NCBI GenBank assembly: GCA_051362555.1
Contig: CM120641.1
Span: 19,964,001-20,028,000, forward strand
Direction: 5' to 3'
Length of the DNA stretch: 64,000 nt
Source of the DNA: Lingula anatina
Taxonomy: Eukaryota > Animalia > Brachiopoda
How positions within the stretch are numbered: the stretch's first letter is position 1; each line of letters starts with the position of its first letter. The notes under the pieces were generated by a model. That model did no database searches. It was not told the DNA's origin and was given only the letters and a program-made list of their open reading frames with translations. Of the stretch, positions 61,417 to 64,000 are shown piece by piece. Both the position numbers and the translations under genes were made by a program.

Positions 61417-61971
61417 GACCGCATTCTCAATGAATTGAGCCAGGCTTTACAAATCCTGAGACTAAAAATGGCGGACGTACATGAAAGAAAAACCGCCTAA
61501 TCTTTTAATAGTCTCTCCGCCTCTCACATGCCTCCCCACACGTCGTCCCTGCAGGGTACAGTAATTAAATCTCGGCTCCGTTCGCCATGTGGAAGCTACC
61601 TGAGAAATATTAAGTGCGCATGCTCATCAGTTAAACTCGTGGTGAAGAAAGCATGGCGACTGAAGGCGATCGAAGGAAAAAAGCTCTTCTGTTCTATAAT
61701 CTTTCAAAACAGAGACGAAAAAGGAATGAATTGGCCCGTAGAGCAGCAATGAATCGACTATCTACAGAGATAATATCACCAGAGATATTCACGGAGATAT
61801 TCATGTTAGGAGCCGAGATTTAATTACTGTACCCCACAGGGACAACGTGTGGGGAGGCGTGTGAGAGGCGGAGAGACTATTAAAAGATTAGGCGGTTTTT
61901 CTTTCATGTACGTGCGCCATTTTTAGTCTCAGGATTTGTAAGTCCTGGCTCAATTCGTTGAGAATGCGGTC
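61417..61971. mobile_element. MITE with ~163-bp terminal inverted repeats and TTA target-site duplication (PIF/Harbinger-like)
   Basis: 61417-61579 is the near-perfect reverse complement of 61809-61971; flanked by TTA at 61414-61416 and 61972-61974; no coding capacity. Confidence 0.88.
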
Positions 61972-63444
61972 TTAAAGGCTTTTTAATTCTGTTCATTTTA
62001 AATCATATTCATATTTGATGGAAAAAAAAGGTATAGCAATACCTGACAACAATGTCTTATTATTTTCCAATCCAAAACAGCTGGTTTAATTCTTTATTTA
62101 AAATTTATATGAATATGTGATGATTAACTAGAAATAGTTACCAAAAAAGAGGGAATTTCAGCTTCATCTTTGTCATAGAAAGCTTAATGTGATTTTACAG
62201 AATGGGGGCTTTGAGTTAAGTAATTGGATTATCCTGCTGGGAGAGGCATGATTAAATTATGTAACCTGACACCCAGTCCTGATTGCAGTCTCTTTAAGAA
62301 ACCATTAAACATGACAGTGCTCCTCCCCTCAATCTCATGGCTACTTTCAGTATAAATTAATTGCTCCAACGTTTACCATCTGGGCACTGTCTGACAAAAA
62401 AAAAAAAAAAAAAAAAAACATGTCTATGGACTAAACTTATATTGCGACTCTCTACCAGAGGCCAGCCAAGTGATGATGTAGTTGTTCACAGCTAGTGAAT
62501 ATCTAGACAAATATAATATCTGTGAATATCCAGTGAACAAAATTCTTTCTGTGACCCTGGTAGAGGACAATACCCCTATAAAGTTGATTCTGCATCAATG
62601 GTCTTTATGTGCTTCATAAAAGGTAAGAATGCTAAATTTTAGTTTTCTTCAAATAGTCAGCCTAAAATATTATGATAAGTAGAAAATAAGTGACAAACAA
62701 CACTTCACCTGTCATTATCTAGGTTGTCAATGATTGCTTTCTACATTTTATCCATCATGACTGTGTAAAGAGGAAACAATCATCACATACCTACATTTAA
62801 AGATGTCAGATGTTGATATTCATCAATTATGACATGGTCATTGATACTGCCTTGTGGGGTAGAGGAACACCCCTCTGGTAATCAACAAATGAAACCTTAG
62901 GTAATGACAACAACTTTTCAACGAGCAAAATTCATCATTTTTTCAGATTCATAATTTTGTATTCATTAAAAATCACATTTCTATATATAGCATTTGTGGT
63001 TCTTTTACTGCATAGAACTATATGGGTAACCCGCTTTTCAAATTTTGTTGCTACCATTCAATTAGATTGTTCTAATTTAAAGAATTTTGGACTATAAAAA
63101 ATACAGTATCTGTAAAATCACAATTTTCCCCATTGAAAAGATTGAATCATTGCTACAAATAATGATTTGAAAATGTTAAAACTAACAGTAAAAAGTTAAA
63201 ATGATCATGATCAATCAATCTATCTGACATTCTGAAGGTATTTTCTATTTGAAATTACCGTAAGTTGTATGCAATATCAGTTGCTATGTTTCATTGGCGA
63301 TCAAAAGCTCAGGCCTGCCTCATAGTAGGCTAAATGCTTGGCCTATGGATTTAGTGTTTCAGTTTTCTCAAAAGATGAAGAGAAACAAAAAAAAAAAAAA
63401 AAAAAAAAAAAAAGGAGCCTTAATCAGTCCTAAAACTGACTTAA

Positions 63445-63617
63445 GGCTTCATTCACATGCAATGTCTATTTTCTAAATTCTATTTTCTATTCACGCTATC
63501 TTATGATCATGGTTTGTTCCCTGAATATCCCGCCGCGTAATTACTGGCAGTGCGAGCCAGTTACTTATAGTAACTTATAGTAACTGGCTCGCGCTGCCAG
63601 TAATTATGAATGAAGCC
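63445..63617. mobile_element. 173-bp PIF/Harbinger-like MITE with an internal hairpin
   Basis: TIRs GGCTTCATTCACA / TATGAATGAAGCC, TAA duplicated at 63442-63444 and 63618-63620; internal 28-bp inverted repeat spanning 63538-63606. Confidence 0.8.
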
Positions 63618-64000
63618 TAAGACCAGGGCCCTTTCTTTTATCAGTTATCAAGATTCAAAATATGCTTAGATAATTAGTAAAATATTTTACAACAGCTTTA
63701 CCTGCATCTATAATCATAATGTATAACTTGAAATATCACTGTACCAGTACTTAGTATAAGATAAGTTTAATAAGAAACTATTAAAACTGCTTTTTATTTT
63801 CCATATATATATATATATCATTTTTTCATAACTCTGTCATTAAAAAAAACAAGTTTGATCCCTTCCTTCATGTTGCTTTTTAAAATCACTGCAAGTTTAT
63901 TTATCCATTGGGTCTTTATGGGGTTAAAGGTATCAGGCAAAAAATCTTAATGAGACATTTTATGCCTCATTAAAACAACCATAAAATGTTTAAGTTTATT

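Noticed and set aside
61528-61752. 74-aa ORF inside the MITE
   Set aside because: No transposase motifs; partly within the inverted repeat.

Overview
AT-rich, intron-containing animal genomic DNA, most likely an invertebrate and plausibly a mollusc or other lophotrochozoan (inferred from repeat types and gene-body CpG depletion). Five spliced genes were reconstructed by hand from GT/GC-AG boundaries and frame continuity: PPAN/SSF1 (minus, 10 exons), head-to-head with PFDN1 (plus, 4 exons, first intron apparently GC-AG); an intron-containing 5-methylthioribose kinase (MtnK-like, plus), an enzyme textbook-associated with bacteria and plants rather than animals; an SH2D4A/B-like adaptor (plus) with candidate alternative N-terminal exons, a possible 3-nt microexon and a C-terminal PDZ ligand; and a 5'-truncated CDKL2/3-like kinase (minus). 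About 41.5-50 kb lacks recognisable genes and holds transposon debris and a 34-bp G-rich minisatellite. There are also two PIF/Harbinger-type MITEs, a Helentron-associated element, an (AT)n-centred palindrome, a CTCF-like site and a degenerate SRCR fragment. Most short ORFs in the track are intronic or antisense noise. No database searches were run; family calls rest on recalled sequence motifs.
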